Part shown: positions 44,076 to 61,619 of the stretch, in pieces
How the letters are laid out: each line of letters opens with the position of its first letter
Position numbering within the stretch: the stretch's first letter is position 1
From: the human T2T-CHM13v2.0 reference genome, Homo sapiens
DNA: 64,000 bases
Reading direction: 5' to 3' (one strand)
Assembly (NCBI RefSeq): GCF_009914755.1
Contig: NC_060934.1
Program-made: the position numbers and the translations under genes
The notes under the pieces: model-generated
Databases searched by the model: none
What the model was told of the DNA's origin: nothing
The model's input: only the letters and a program-made list of their open reading frames with translations

Positions 44076-44286
44076 TGGGTGGTGACTGATAGCAGTGGTG
44101 CCACCTGAGATGGCTTGTGTGGCAGGGGTGTGGACATGGCTTTTACTTCCCTGGCAGCTCTATTAACCCTCACAAAACTACTCTAGATAGACAACTGAAG
44201 TAAAAATAGTGTTCTTTGAAAAAAACCCCATGTCTAACTAGAATATTGTCACCAAATCACTCATATGTTGAAATCCTTATTGGTTA

Positions 44287-44610
<324 letters not shown>

Positions 44611-44761
44611 TTAAGCATACAGCTTTAGCATCTCTGTCAGGGCACACTCTGAGCCTGGTTCTGACTCTGTATTATTCTCTGTGCTCAGTAATGAATCCCT
44701 AACTGCATACCTGTGCAGCTACAAGAGCAGCAAAGTAGGAGTAAAAAAGTCAGTTGGAGGT

Positions 44762-45174
<413 letters not shown>

Positions 45175-45526
45175 TCATTTTTTGGCAACAGTACCTTCTC
45201 TTATTAAGATATTAATTTATTTTTCAAATTGATCCATGTGGCTTATAAAGCGCCACATCTACAACCACCTTAGGTGCCTTACTAAATTCTGTTCTTTGTG
45301 TCTGCTGCAATACTACATTCAGATTTGTAGAATTCATTTGTAATGCTTTTGCTCCAAATGTTAGTTGTGATGTGTGGTCACAAGAGAGCAGGTTATGATC
45401 ACCTTTCCTTTGTTGAAGAAATATTATGGCCCATTTTATATTTTACATAGTAATTTTTTGTTCTATTTATTCTCAGTACATATCTGGCACAGAATTCTGT
45501 AATACACGCTATAGATGAAACAATTC

Positions 45527-46263
<737 letters not shown>

Positions 46264-46512
46264 AACTCCAACCTCATTTCTTTTCAACAAATGCTAAGGA
46301 ATACACTCATGCTACATTGTTGATTTTATGTGATAATATTCTTGTGAAATGTTCTTCCCACCAGTTCCCTGCTTACCCCATTTATCAACAGATTCATACT
46401 CAGCCAGATTTTGCTTAGGTCTTCCACCTCCATGATGGCTTTCCTGACTTCCCCAGACTGGGTTAACCTTTCTTTTCTTTGCAAATTTTATTTTACTTTT
46501 CTGATAGATGAG

Positions 46513-46918
46513 TAACATGGTTTGGATGTGTGTCCCTTCCAAATCTCATGTTGAAATGTAATCCCCAATGTTAGAGGTGGGGCCTAGTGGGAGGTGTTTG
46601 GATCATGGGGGTGGATCCCTCATGAATGTCTTGGTGCTCTCCTTACAGTAATGAGTGAGTTCTCACTCTGAGTTTAAGTGAGATCTGGTTGTTTAAAAGA
46701 ATGTGGCACACCCCCCACCTTGCTCACTCTCTTGCCATGTGACATGCTGGCTCCCATTCCCTGCCATGACTGTAAGCTTCCTGAGGCCTCACCAGAAGCA
46801 GATGCCAGCACTATGCTATGTGTACAGTCTTCAGAACCGTGAGCCAAATAAACCTCTTTTCTTTATAAACTACCCAGCCCCAGGTATTCCTTTATAATGA
46901 TGCAAATGGACTAAAACA
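46513..46918 (+). mobile_element. MaLR solo LTR (MSTA/B-like)
   Basis: atggtttggatgtgtgtccc...gagccaaataaacctcttt...ggactaaaaca. Confidence 0.9.
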
Positions 46919-46954
46919 ATGTGTTTTGATAGTGGCATTGGTGTTATTGCTTCC

Positions 46955-47314
46955 TGGTATGGTTTGGCTGTGTCCCCACCCAAATCTCATCTTGAATTGT
47001 AGCTCCCATAATTCCCACATGTCGTGAGAGGGACCTGGTGGGAGAGAATTGAATCATGGGGTGGTTCCCCCATACTGTTCTCGTGGTAGTAAATAAGTCT
47101 CATGAGATCTGATGGTTCTATAAGGGGTTTTCCCTTTCACTTGGCTCTCATTCTCTCTTGTCTGCCACCATGTAAGACATGCCTTTGGCCTTCTGCCATG
47201 ATTGTGAGGCCTCCCCAGCCATGTGGAACTGTGAGTCCATTAAACCTTTTTTTCTTTATAAATTACCCAGTCTTGGATATGTCTTTATCAGCAGCATGAA
47301 AATGGACTAATACA
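46955..47314 (+). mobile_element. MaLR solo LTR (THE1B/C-like)
   Basis: tggtatggtttggctgtgtccccacccaaatctcatcttgaattgtagctccc...ggactaataca; TSD ctt(c/t)c. Confidence 0.93.
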
Positions 47315-47740
47315 CTTTCATTGTTGGGAGAGCTCTTCAAGAATAGGAACTCTGGCTCACTCATCTTCATGGTCTAAAGCCTAGCTCTTCTCCCAGCACT
47401 TGGTGCTCATGAAGCCTTTGTTGAATTGAAAGACAATGAACCACTGATATGGGATATGAGCAAAAAGCCATGGGAGCACTCAGGAAAGACTGATGGGGCC
47501 TTGAGTTCTCCAGGCACAGGGAAAGGGTTTTCTTGTTAGAGAAAACAACAAGTGCAAATGCCTGAAGATACAAAAGACTGGAAATTCAATGTGATGGTAA
47601 CAGAGAGGTGGGGCTGAAGAAGATGGTTTGATCGTAATGATCTGTACTCTGGGAAATGTGGGCTTAAGTTACAGAGGCCCAGTAGAGGTTTTTAAGCAAG
47701 AGTATGACATAAGACTTGTTTTCTCAAAAGGTAACTCTAG

Positions 47741-47950
47741 AAACTTAATGTAAATGATGGACTTCCAGTGCTAATAATGTTTTAATGTAGGTTCATCCGT
47801 TGTAAAAATGTACCTCTCCAGTGGGGGATGCTGATAATGAGGGACACTATGCATGTGGGGGAAGTAGGTATATAAAAAAAATCTCTATACTTTGCTCACA
47901 ATTTTGCTGTGAAACTAAAACTGCTTTACAGAATAAAGTAAAAAAAAAAA
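47741..47950 (+). mobile_element. L1MC1/2-like extreme 3' end
   Basis: aatgtaaatgatggact...ctcacaattttgctgtgaaactaaaactgct...AATAAA + poly-A; flanks ggtaact. Confidence 0.8.
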
Positions 47951-48414
47951 TAAGGGTAACTTCTGCAGTAGTGGGCTTCTAATGGGTGACCTTTGTAAGA
48001 TCATTTTCTTCGTGTGCTCCAGAGATGGAAGGGGCTAATTTTTTCACTGGGTATTTTAACTGTCAATTGTCAGAGTCCCATAAATCACATTATATCTAGG
48101 CATGTTCTTCTGACTAAAAACCAGAAGTGAAAAGGAAGACCTTAGAAGGATATCAGAAGTTTGAGCCTAGAAAAATACATCTCATGTTTTCCAGCAGGAA
48201 GTATTAAACTGGACAAGTAGAGGGCCAGAAAGACAAGGTTATGTCCAGAAGCCAACTGGGCAAGAGACAACAGAGAACTGGATGGGATGAGAGCTAGGCA
48301 AGAGTATCTGTGAAGTTGGGAGGTTCCACAAGTGGCCGGAAGGAGTTTCTTTTAGGATTACAGAATGTGTTTGTTTAACAAAAGTCTTTGTTGCTTCTAA
48401 GGGAATTCTTGAAA

Positions 48415-48640
48415 AAGTAGTGTGATGTAGGTTTTAGAACAAAAAATCTTTTACTTTATCCTTTTCTCCACCATGTCCTAACTGTGTTCTTGGGGTGAGT
48501 TTCTTAATTTCTCAAGTCCTCAATCTCCTTGTCTATAATATGAGGATAATGACACTTTACATGCGAGATTATTGTAAGAATTAGAAATAATATACGTACA
48601 AACCATTTAGCAAAATATCTGGAAATTACATAGGAATTAC
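48415..48640 (+). mobile_element. MIR (degenerate)
   Basis: aactgtgttcttggggtgagtttcttaatttctc...gaggataatg...ttgtaagaattag. Confidence 0.65.
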
Positions 48641-49341
48641 CATTCTTCTTAGTCTATATTTTAAAAATTTGACTTTTCCAAGGGAGGAAGATGTATTGAA
48701 GTCTCTTGTCTTTGCATGATTAGCATGTTGTTCCCTTAGGAAAGGCTATTCCTTTGGCAGTTGGAGCTTCCTGGAGTGGGTAGGTCAGAGTTCTCAGGCT
48801 ACATCTTACATGGAGAGGCTCCTGCTGGTGGCTCTGCTCCCCACGTGGGCTGCCCTGTGTGAGGAGGCCCCCACACATGGTGTGAATGTGGGAGGCCTGG
48901 CCTTTGCTTTTGTGTGTGCCCAGTGTCTGATGAGGCGCTCCTGTTTGTGGCTTGGCCTCTCTGCTTCCCACTCCGCCTAGGAGGAGCCACGCTGTCTGTT
49001 CTATGAGCCAAGCCTGTCTGCTACTGCTGGTTCCTGGGAATCAGCCACTTCCCTCTTCTGGGGAAGCACATCGTCATAGAGTGGATGACCGCCACTGGGA
49101 AACTGACTCATGGCTGAAATAAGGCAATAGCTTTCAAGGCAGGAATGGGAGAAAGCAAATTATGAGCCGAGTGTACTCTGGTGAGTCTGGGAGTGTTTCC
49201 TCTCAGCTCAGCTATGGTGGACACCCAAAGGTGGGCAGAGAGAGTAAGAGAACCTCAAATCACCATGGAGTCCTCCAAAGAGGAATCTTTTGGTCAGAAC
49301 TCTTGCCATGAAGAAATAATCTGCCCATAAAACTAAGTTTA

Positions 49342-49644
49342 GGATGGGTGTGGTGTCTCACGCCTGTAATCCCAGCACTTTGGGAGGCTGAGGCGGGGAG
49401 GCTTGCTTGAGGCCAGGAGTTTGAGGCTAGCCTGGACAACATAGCAAGACCCTGTCTCTACAAAAAATACAAAAATTAGCTGGGCATGATGATGTTCGCC
49501 TGTAATCCTAGATACTGGGGAGGCTGAGATGGGAGAATCACCTAAGCCCAGGAGTTTGAGGCTGCAGTGAGTCATGATTTTGCCACGGCACTCCAGCCTG
49601 GGTGACAGAGTGAGACCCTGTCCCTGCCCCCTCCACAAAAAAAA
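49342..49644 (+). mobile_element. Alu (AluJ-like)
   Basis: cttgaggccaggagtttgag; TSD aaaa(c/t)taagtttag. Confidence 0.95.
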
Positions 49645-51015
49645 TTAAGTTTAGTTGAAGGTTGGGGACAACTTTCTTTTTTAATCACAGGGAAGAAAAA
49701 TTCTCCTCAGGGAGGAAACCATCTTTGTTCAAGAAAATAACTCAATATGCCTCTTCAGGCAGAAGATGAGATAATGAGAGCATGAGTTAGCAAAGTTCAA
49801 GGAAACAAATATGACAACGAAATTGATTATCATCATAAAGGAATAGAAAGAAAAGAGGTTGGAGAAGAGAAGGGGTGGCAATTGTAGTGCAGTTAGGAGA
49901 AGCAATAGGGATGGGTAGTAGGAGACTTTTTAAGAACAGAAAATGTTCAATATTCAATTTAAAGTTTGGGTCATAGCATTTGGCCTGTCTTGGTGAATGT
50001 TCTGTGTGTACTTGAAAGTAATTTGTATTCTGCAGTTGTTCAGTGCTCTACAAATGTCATTTGGACCCAGTTGTTTAATAATGTTCTTTCAATCTATACC
50101 CTTACTGACATTATGTCTTCTTGTTCTAACAATTACTGAGAAAGGAAGTGTTACGGTCTCCAAACATAATTGTGGATTTATCTATTTCACCCTTTAATTC
50201 TGTCAATTTTTGCATTGTGTATTTTGAGGCTCCATTACTAGGTGTATATACAGTTAAAAATGTTATATTTTCTTCATTAATTATTGTAAAATGTCCCTCT
50301 TTATTTCAAGTAATTCTCTTTATCTCTGGTATTTATTTCTGATAATCCATGTCAAAGGTCTTGAAGTATTCTCTATCTGATATGAACATGCTTAGTGTTT
50401 GTACAATAATTGTTTTCTTTCTTTCAATTTGTGTTTAATGTGTATTTCTTGTAAACAGCACATAGTTGGATCTAACAATATCTAACTTTTAATTGGAGTG
50501 TTTAGTCTACTTATAGTTAATGTAATATTGATATGATTGAGTTCAAGTCTCTAATCCTGCTATTTGTTTTCTATTTGTATGTCTGTTCTTTGTTTCTCTG
50601 TTCCTAGTTTTGTGTCTTTTGGGGAGCTAACTTTAAAAAAAGCAGTGTTTCATTCTATTATATTGAATTTTTAGCTTTTTTTTTTGGTTTTATTGTTTTA
50701 CTGGTTGCTCTAGGGTCTATAATATGCATCTTCATCTTAATCACAAATTGTGGCTTTCCTTGATTTTATTCAGCCTGAGGTTCCCTTGATGTCTTGGGTG
50801 TGTGGGTTGATGCTTTTAATCAAAGAAGAAAAAAATTTGGGCCAGTATGACTTCAAATTTGTATGTTTTTCTACCCACTCCTTTTTTTCTCTTACTTTTT
50901 GGGATTCCAATTACCTGTATGTTAGTCTAGTTAATACTTTCTGATGGGTCAACATGACTCTTTTTTTTTTGTTTTTTTTCCAATCTTTTTTCTCTCTGTG
51001 ATTCAATTTGTTTAA

Positions 51016-51518
<503 letters not shown>

Positions 51519-51904
51519 TTGTTTAATTTCTATTAACCTGTCAAGTTCACAAATCTTTTTACTGTATTGCCAAATTTACTGTGAATCTTAAATAAATTTT
51601 TTATGTCAAATACTTTATTTTTGATATTTGGGAGTTTCATTTGATTCTTTTTTAGAGTTTCTATATCTTTCCTGAAATTTCCTATTTCTCACCCATTATA
51701 TTCCCCTTTTCCTATAAAATTCTGTAACATATTTATCAGAGTTACTTCAAGGTTTTCGTCTGCTAATTATAACATTTGGTCACCTTTGGATCTGTTTCTG
51801 TTGACTGCTTGTATTTCTTTTCGTGTCTTAATCACATTTTTCTGCCTTTTCATACGTCTAGTAACTTTTGCTTGACAGTGGTACATCATAGATATTCTGG
51901 GTTC

Positions 51905-53130
51905 TGTTTTCTTTTTTTTTTTAACTTTTAAGTTCATGGGTACATGTGTTGGTTTGTTACATAAGTAAACTTGTGTCATGGGGGTTTGTTGTACAGATTA
52001 TTTTATCACTCAGATATTCAGCCTAGTACCCATTAGTTATTTTTCCTGATCCTCTTCTTCCTCCCACCCTCTGAGAGGCCCCAGTGCGTGTTGTTCCCCT
52101 CTGTGTGTCCATGTGTTCTCATCACTTAGCTCCCACCTATAAGTGAGAACATGTGGTATTTGGTTTTCTGTTCCCGTGTTAGTTTGCTGAAGCTAATGGC
52201 CTCCAGCTCCTTCTGTGTCCCTGCAAAGGACATGATCTCGTTCCTTTTTATGGCTGCATAGTATTCCATGGTGTATATGTACCACATTTTCTTTATCTAG
52301 TCTATCATTGATAGGCATTTAGGTTGATTTCATATCTTTGTTATTGTGAATAGAGCTGTCATAAACATATGCATGCATGTGTTTTTTTTTTTTGGTAGAA
52401 CAATTTATATTTCTTTGGGTATTTACCCAGTAATGAGATTGCTGGGTTGAATGATATTTCTGTGTTTAGGTCTTAGAGGAATCACCACACTGTCTTCCAC
52501 AATGGTTGAACTAATTCCTCAATGGTTGAACACTCCCATCAACAGTGTATAAGCATTTGTTTTTCTCCACAACATCACTAGCATCTGTTAGTTTTTGACC
52601 TTTTAATAATCACCATTCTGACTGGTGTGAGATGGTATCTCATTGTGGTTTTGATTTGCATTTGTCTAATGATCAGTGATGAGAGTTTTTTCATATGTTT
52701 TTTGGCCACATGTATGTCTTCTTTTGAAAACTGTTCATGTCCTTTGCCCACTTTTTAATGTTTTTTTTTCTTGTAGATTTGTTTAAGTTTCTTATAGATG
52801 TTGGATATTAGACCTTTGTCAGATGCATAATTTTAAAAAAATTTTCTCCCATTCTGTAGGTTGTCTGTTCATTCTGATGATAGTTTCTTTTGCTATGCAG
52901 AAGCTCTTCAGTTTCATGAGATCCTATTTGCCAAATTTGCTTTTGTTGCAATTGCTTTTGGTGTCTGTGTCATGAAATCTTTGCCCATGACTATGACCTA
53001 AACAGTATTGCCTAGGTTATCTTCCAGGGTTATAGTTTTGGGTTTTACATTTAAGTCTTTAATCCACCTCGAGTTAATTTTTGTATATGGTATAAGGAAG
53101 GCATCTAGTTTTAATCTTCTGCATATGGCT
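51905..53130 (-). mobile_element. L1PA (about PA13-16) 3' 1.2 kb
   Basis: aacttttaagttcatgggtacatgtg...gtgagaacatgtggtatttgg...ttctgactggtgtgagatggtatctcattgtgg...cttctgcatatggct. Confidence 0.92.
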
Positions 53131-53954
53131 GCTGTGTTCTATTTTCTTTCTTTAAGGAGTAGTGATTTAATGTACTTCCAGCAGACAAATCACCTTGGTC
53201 CTGTGAAGGCATGGCATAAGGTTTGTTAGAGTTGGTTTATTTGGACTTTGCCTTTAGGTCTAGAACATAGCCCTTACACTGTGCTGTGATCCTCACTCCT
53301 AAAGATTGAAGTTCCTCCTAAATATGGCCTTTCTGGATTTCAGTGGAAGACTTGGAGTGTTTACCAACTATCTGTGATTTGCTGGGACTTGAACTTCAAA
53401 CTCCAGATTCCCAGCACTGCATAGCTGCTCAGTCTTTTTCAGTCTCTCAGTTGTTGCTTTCCACTGGGCTTCTTGTCGTCTTCCCGACGCATGCACAGCT
53501 CAGGGGTTAGTCAAGGATTGAAGGAGAATTTCTACGGAAAATTTGATGCTCCCCTTCTGTGACTCACTGTTTTGGGAATTTCTCCCTTCAATTTTCAGCT
53601 GCTATGACAGCCCTGAATCCCAAACTCAGACTCCTCAGCCTGATAAAACTGGTATTTTCTGCTTGAGACCCTTCTGTTCTGCACCACTCAGACTGAGAAA
53701 TGCCCTCAGGTGAAACTTTATATAAAAGTAGATTTCATCCATTTCAGTTCCATTCTTAAGTGTCTGTCTCCTCCAGTTTCTGCTGTTTTTTTATCGCTGT
53801 CTAGTGACTTTGAACTGTTATTTTTTTTTGTCCGGCATCTAATTGTAATAGGAAGAGACAGAACTAGAGACAGAATTAGAAACAGACAGAACTTCCTAAG
53901 TGATTCTTTAAAAATACAATTATATTTCCTTTAATGACTCCTATCTTTTTGCTT

Positions 53955-54390
53955 TGAATTCCCTCAGAAGCAGGTTCCAATATAAGGGTTTTTAAGGCAA
54001 ATAGTTTATTTGAGAGGTGATCCCAGGAAACACCTGCAAGGGAGTAGAGAAGTGAAACCTGGAAGCCAAATAAGGTGTGTTAAGTTACAAGTTACAACTG
54101 GAGCTCAGTCCTGCCAAGGAACTCTGAGAGAGAGTAAGGCCATGCCTCAGAGTTATCCCAACAGAGGTACAGGGTAGGGTATTTATCCACCAACTCCCTG
54201 TATTTATCCAGCAGTGCTGGTGGTGTTTATCCACCAATGCCTTACCGGAGAGCAGCTTCCAGGTGCATTGATCCCTGGAACTTCTGGCTTGCTTTGCATG
54301 CAGTCCTCAGGCAGACAGGCACCGGTGTTTGCAGTAAGCAAACTTTGTTGTTTAGATATGCATGCTGAGAAGATCTGGGTGAGGCGTCAT
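53955..54390 (-). mobile_element. ERVL LTR16-like relic
   Basis: ttccctcagaagcag...tagtttatttgagaggtgatcccaggaaacac...gtatttatccaccaactccc. Confidence 0.7.
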
Positions 54391-54534
54391 ACTACTAAGA
54401 AAAGCTACTTATCATACTACTAAGAAAAACTACTACTACTACTAAGAAAAAAATCAAAACTCCCTATCCTATCTTAAAAAGCGTTGCCTACCACTCCTAC
54501 CTGATCCCCATTCTCCCTCTCACCCACCAGGACC

Positions 54535-54738
54535 CAAGCGTGCCTCAGCCTCCTGAGTGGTTGGAACTACAAGGCATGTGCCACCATGCCCAGCTTATCT
54601 TTTTATTTTGATTTTTTTTTTTTAGGGACAGGGTCTCACTGTTTTTCCCAGGCTGGTCTCAAACTCCTGGCCTCAAGCAGTCCTCCCACTTCAGCCTTCT
54701 GAGTAGTTGAGACCCCAGGCGTGAGCCACCTTGCCTGG
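54535..54738 (-). mobile_element. Alu partial (AluJ-like)
   Basis: Left arm, linker and part of right arm. Confidence 0.88.
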
Positions 54739-54744
54739 TGTTGG

Positions 54745-55060
54745 CTCCTTTCTTACATTCAAATTTTTGCTCACATGTTATCTTTTCAGAGATGTTTTCC
54801 CTGAGCACCCTGTCGAAAGTAGCCTCCAACTTGTTAACTATAACGTCATTCTATTTTAATTCTATGCATATCACTTATCATACTGCATGATTTTTGATAA
54901 TTTATACACTTGCTTGTCTATCATCTGCTTCTTCCACCAGTATAAAATCTGTGTGAGAGTAATAACCTTGTTTATCTTGTCATAGCTATAAACCCCTGAG
55001 CTTATAATAGGAAAGAATACATATTTGTTGAATGAATGAATAAATGAATAGATGAATGAA
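54745..55060 (+). mobile_element. L2 3' end with (GAAT)n tail
   Basis: ...atatttgttgaatgaatgaataaatgaa. Confidence 0.85.
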
Positions 55061-55189
55061 CATGCTCAAATTTGCAAATAAAATAAGTTGCAAATAAAAA
55101 AGTTAAGGTGGAAGCAACCCAAGTGTCCATCAACTGATGCATGGATAAACAAAGGGATGAAATATACAACAATAAAATATTCAGCCTTA

Positions 55190-55498
<309 letters not shown>

Positions 55499-55828
55499 GG
55501 AAGAAAATTGTGACACATGCTACAACATGGATGAACCTTGAAGACATTATGCTAGGTTAAAGAAGCCAGTCACAAAGGGACAAATATTATATGATTTCAC
55601 TTACATGAGGTGATTAGAGTAGTCAAATTCATACAGACAGAAAGACAAATGGTGGTTACCATGGGTTGGAGGGAGGTGAGAATAGAGAATTAGTGTTTCA
55701 TTGGTACAGAGTTTCAGTTGGGGAAGAGGGAAAACTTCTAGAGAGGGATGGTGATGATAATTGCATAACACTGTGAATGTACTTAATATCACAGAACTAT
55801 ACATTTTCAAATGGTAAATTTTATGTAT

Positions 55829-56208
55829 TGTATTAGTCCGTTTTCACATTGCTGTAAAGAACTACCTAAAACTGGGTAATTTATGAAGAAAAGAGGTTTA
55901 ATCGACTGACAGTTCCACATGGCTGGGGAGGACTCAGGACACTTACAATCATGTTAGAAGGCAAAGGGGAAGCAAGACATGTCTTCTCATGGCTACAGGA
56001 GAGAAAGAGAGAGCGAAGGGGGAAGGGTCATACACTTTTAAACCATCAGATGTCATGAGAACTCACTCACTATTATAAGAACAGCAAGACAGCAGACAGC
56101 AAGTCTGCCCCCATGATTCAGTCACCTCCCCCCATACCCCTCCTCTGACACATGGGGATTACAATTTGAGATGAGATTTGGGTGGAGACACAGAGCCAAA
56201 CCATATCG
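55829..56208 (-). mobile_element. MaLR solo LTR (THE1D-like)
   Basis: tgtattagtccgttttcac...gacacagagccaaaccatatcg; perfect TSD TGTAT. Confidence 0.92.
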
Positions 56209-56331
56209 TGTATGTTTAACCAAAGTTTAAAACTTAAAAAATTAACCCCCAATTGCCAAAGGAAGATAAAGCCTGGATTTAAAATCTGATTTACCCCTTA
56301 CTTGCATAATCCTAGGGAAATTATTTTATGA

Positions 56332-56933
<602 letters not shown>

Positions 56934-57047
56934 CTGGCTGGAAATTATATTATAAAACTTCTGTGAAACAGTCTCCTCATCTGTAAAGTGAGAATAATAA
57001 TAGTACCCACTCTATAGGTTTATTATAATAATGTAGGTGTCCCTGAA

Positions 57048-57366
57048 TTTATTTATTTTTGTTTATTTATTTATTTATTTATTTTTGAGACGGAGTCTCG
57101 CTCTGTCGCCCAGGCTGGAGTGCAGTGGCGCTATCTCCGCTCACTGCAGCTCTGCCTCCCTGGTTCACGCCATTCTCCTGCCTCAGCCTCCCAAGTAGCT
57201 GGGATTACATGCGCCTGCCACTACACCCGGCTAATTTTTTGTATTTTTAGTAGAGACAGGGTTTCACTGTGTTAGCCAGGATGGTCTTGATATCCTGACC
57301 TCGTGACCTGCCTGACTCGGCCTCCCAAAGTGCTGGGATTACAGGCATGAGCCACTGTGCACGGCC
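57048..57366 (-). mobile_element. Alu (AluY-like) with (TTTA)n tail
   Basis: ggttcacgccattctcc, gttagccaggatggtc; TSD ggtgt(c/t)cctgaattta. Confidence 0.95.
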
Positions 57367-58738
57367 GGTGTTCCTGAATTTATAAATTTTATGACTTATT
57401 AACCTTTCAAAGGGATTTTGGGAACTGCTATTAGTTTGACATTATTTTTGGTCAAATATGATTAAAAACAAAACACAAAACTTTCATTCACTCTGATAAT
57501 CACTTTATAAAAGAAAGAGGATTTTAATGTAAAAAAAATCTAGAAAAAGAACAATCTCAATGTAAAGAACATTAAAAATACTTTTTAAAAAACTTTCACT
57601 ATTAATAATTATAGAATAGGTAATTTGGACCAACCCTACTGGTGAGGATAAGTAGAAAAGCTAAACAAACTATATTTTTAAAAAATCTGTTTGTAAACAT
57701 TAGAAAGACATAGAGATAGTGAAGAACTACTGGTACAAGATCCAAGAAAAGAAGGAAATCCAGAAAGGTAATTCTGGCACTTAGGGTGTTTGTGGAATCT
57801 GGAAGAGGTGGTTGAGAGAATGACCTCTTCTTTTAACAGTCTCATGGGGCTAAGGGAAAAAAAGTTGCAATGTAAGGCCTGAAAAAGTGATTGGCTAACC
57901 CCTCCCACTACTGTCTCTTTGAGTTAAGATCTTGAGAGGCTACACCTTAGGTGTAAAGGTGAACTTTAGGCTTTCTCTGCCCAGCTTTGAATGGTATCAG
58001 TCCAAGAAATTGGGTTAGGGTAAGCCTAGATTGCTAGTGCCCCTAAGCACCTGGAATAAGCAAATATAAACCCTTTCTAGAAGAAGATAATACCCTGTCC
58101 CTCAAAATAATTTTACAAATTGTTTTACAAACACAACATGTGGCACACAATAAAAGATAACCAGACACACATGGAGACAAGACAACACAAAATAAATCAG
58201 AAGAAACAACAGATAATAGAACAGTCCCGTATAGACTCTAGATATTGAAATTATTGAACACAGACTTTAAAATAACTATGCTTAATATTCAAAGAAAAAA
58301 GGACAAGATTGAGAATTTTGTCAGAGACCTGAAAACCATAATAAAGGACTTGGTAGATTTGAAAAAGAATCAAGTAGAAAACTTAGAAATGAAAAAAAAC
58401 AGTAACCCAAATTATTAATACTATTGATAGGTTTTATAAAGAATAGATACTGTTGAAGAGAGAATTAGTGAAGTAAAAGATATGTCAGTGAAAAAGATCT
58501 GGAATGAAACATAAAAAATTCAGAAAGGATAGAAAATACAGATGAGAGAGTAAGAGACACAGAGGATGAGAGGATCTAACATACATGTATTTGGAATCCC
58601 AGAAGTAGAGTCGGGGAGACAAGGCAGAAGTAATTATTTGGAATTCAAGGCTGAGAATTTTCCTAAACTGATAAAATCATCAAGTCACAGATTTAACCCC
58701 AAACAGGTAAATATAAAGAAATGCACCTGGATACTTCA

Positions 58739-59422
<684 letters not shown>

Positions 59423-59451
59423 CAAAACGAAATCTTAAAAACAGTCAGAGA

Positions 59452-59882
<431 letters not shown>

Positions 59883-60274
59883 TTATATATTTAATGTAGT
59901 TAAAGAAAATAATTGCCAACCTGCTATTCTAAAGCCAGGAACATATCATTTAAGAATGATAACCAAAGTCAAGAAAATGTATCATCAGCAGATTACATGA
60001 AAGGAAGTATAAAAGAGTGTTCTTCAGACAGAAGAAAAATAATCCACATGGAAGGTCAGAGATTCAAGAAATAAGAAAAAAGGCAAAAATGTGGTAAATC
60101 TAAATGTGTATTACTCATATAAAACAGTTATAATATCTAAGGAGGCTCAAAATGTAGAGTTAAAATACAAAAGCATGGTATAACATTATGGAGGAGAGAG
60201 TACTAGGAAATGAGTAAAAGTATCAAATAACACTAGAACCTGATAAATCAAGGATGAGTGTTATAATCTCTAGG

Positions 60275-60621
60275 TGTTGTGGTCCAAATGTTTGAGTCCC
60301 CCCAAAATTCATGTTGACCCCTAGTCACCAATGTGATGGTATTAGGAGGTGAGGCCTTTGGTGGGAGGTGAACAGATCACGAAGATGGAGCCATCATGAA
60401 TGGAAGTAGTGCCCTTATGAAGGTGACCTGAGAGAGACCTCTTACCCCTTTCATCACGTGAAAACATGTGAAGAGGTACCATCCATGAACCAAAAGGCAG
60501 ACCCTCACCAGTCATCAGATCCACTAGCACTATGGTTTTGGACTTTCCAGCCTCCCAAACTGTAAGAAATAGTTACCCAGTTTATGATATTTTGTTATAG
60601 CAGCCTGAACAGACTAATGCA
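60275..60621 (+). mobile_element. MaLR solo LTR (MLT1A-like)
   Basis: tgttgtggtc...ccccaaaattcatgttg...agcagcctgaacagactaatgca; perfect TSD CTAGG. Confidence 0.92.
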
Positions 60622-61364
60622 CTAGGGTAGCCCCTAAAAATTAATATAGTGTGCATATCTCCAAACCAATAATGCCATGGGTGGAATAATAAAACAGTAT
60701 TTTATTAATCCGAAAGAAGACAAAAGGAATGCAAATCAGACAGGACAATTCAGAATGCAAACTATAACATGGCAGCTTTAAACCCACATAAACTAGTAAT
60801 TAAGCTACATGTAAACAGATAAAGTGTCCAATTAAAAGACAAAATAATCAAATTTTTTAAAACCCCAAATCTACATATTGGTATATATTAGGCATATATA
60901 AAATATAAGGGAGAAGTCCTGTTCGACATTGATAACGGCCAGGGTGTGGAGTGGGAGGACCGTGTGTTCTTATTTTTCAAGTAGGAATAACCAAAATGTA
61001 GTAATAGGTAGCTTTGTTAAGCATTTACTAAATAACTAGGCTAAGCATTTTATGTGTTTTTTCTCAGTTATTAATGTCCAGCAGGTTTTCTTCATTGACT
61101 TTCTCAATAGCAGTCACACCAAAGGCAATGTGACCAGGGATAGCAGGGGTTAGCACCACTCTGTAGGAGAGCTTTCGGACACAGTTGCTCCCAAATCCAA
61201 GAAGTGAAGTTTTCGTTTTTTAGAATAAAAACTCTGAAGCAATAACTCTGATATTTAGTCCAAACAAACCTTCCTTCCCACCCTTAGCCTGCCAACCTTC
61301 ACTCTCAAACTCAGTCAAAATTTTTAATGTAGAGGTCGAGACCCAAAGGACATCACACTGACTT

Positions 61365-61550
61365 TGCAGTTAAGAGATGGAAGAAGCATAAGCTTTAGAG
61401 TCTGGGATTTTATCCTAACTCTGCTCCTGCCAGCTGTGTGACCTTAGGCAAGTCAACTAACCCACGTAAACTCAATTTCTTCGATAAAGTTGAGGTTACC
61501 CTACCTCAACTTACTTCATAGGTTGCGTTGGGATTACAGTGAATGAAAGC
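61365..61550 (+). mobile_element. MIR
   Basis: gctttagagtc...agctgtgtgaccttaggcaagtca. Confidence 0.75.
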
Positions 61551-61619
61551 TCTTCTATCTTCCACATGGAATTTCCCTCTCTGACTGCTGCATGCATGTA
61601 AGCCAGCACTTAAAACCTC

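Noticed and set aside
47046-47056. DUX4 site in the THE1 LTR
   Set aside because: Reads GAATTGAATCA rather than TAATTGAATCA; the THE1D-like copy at ~56113 is also degraded.
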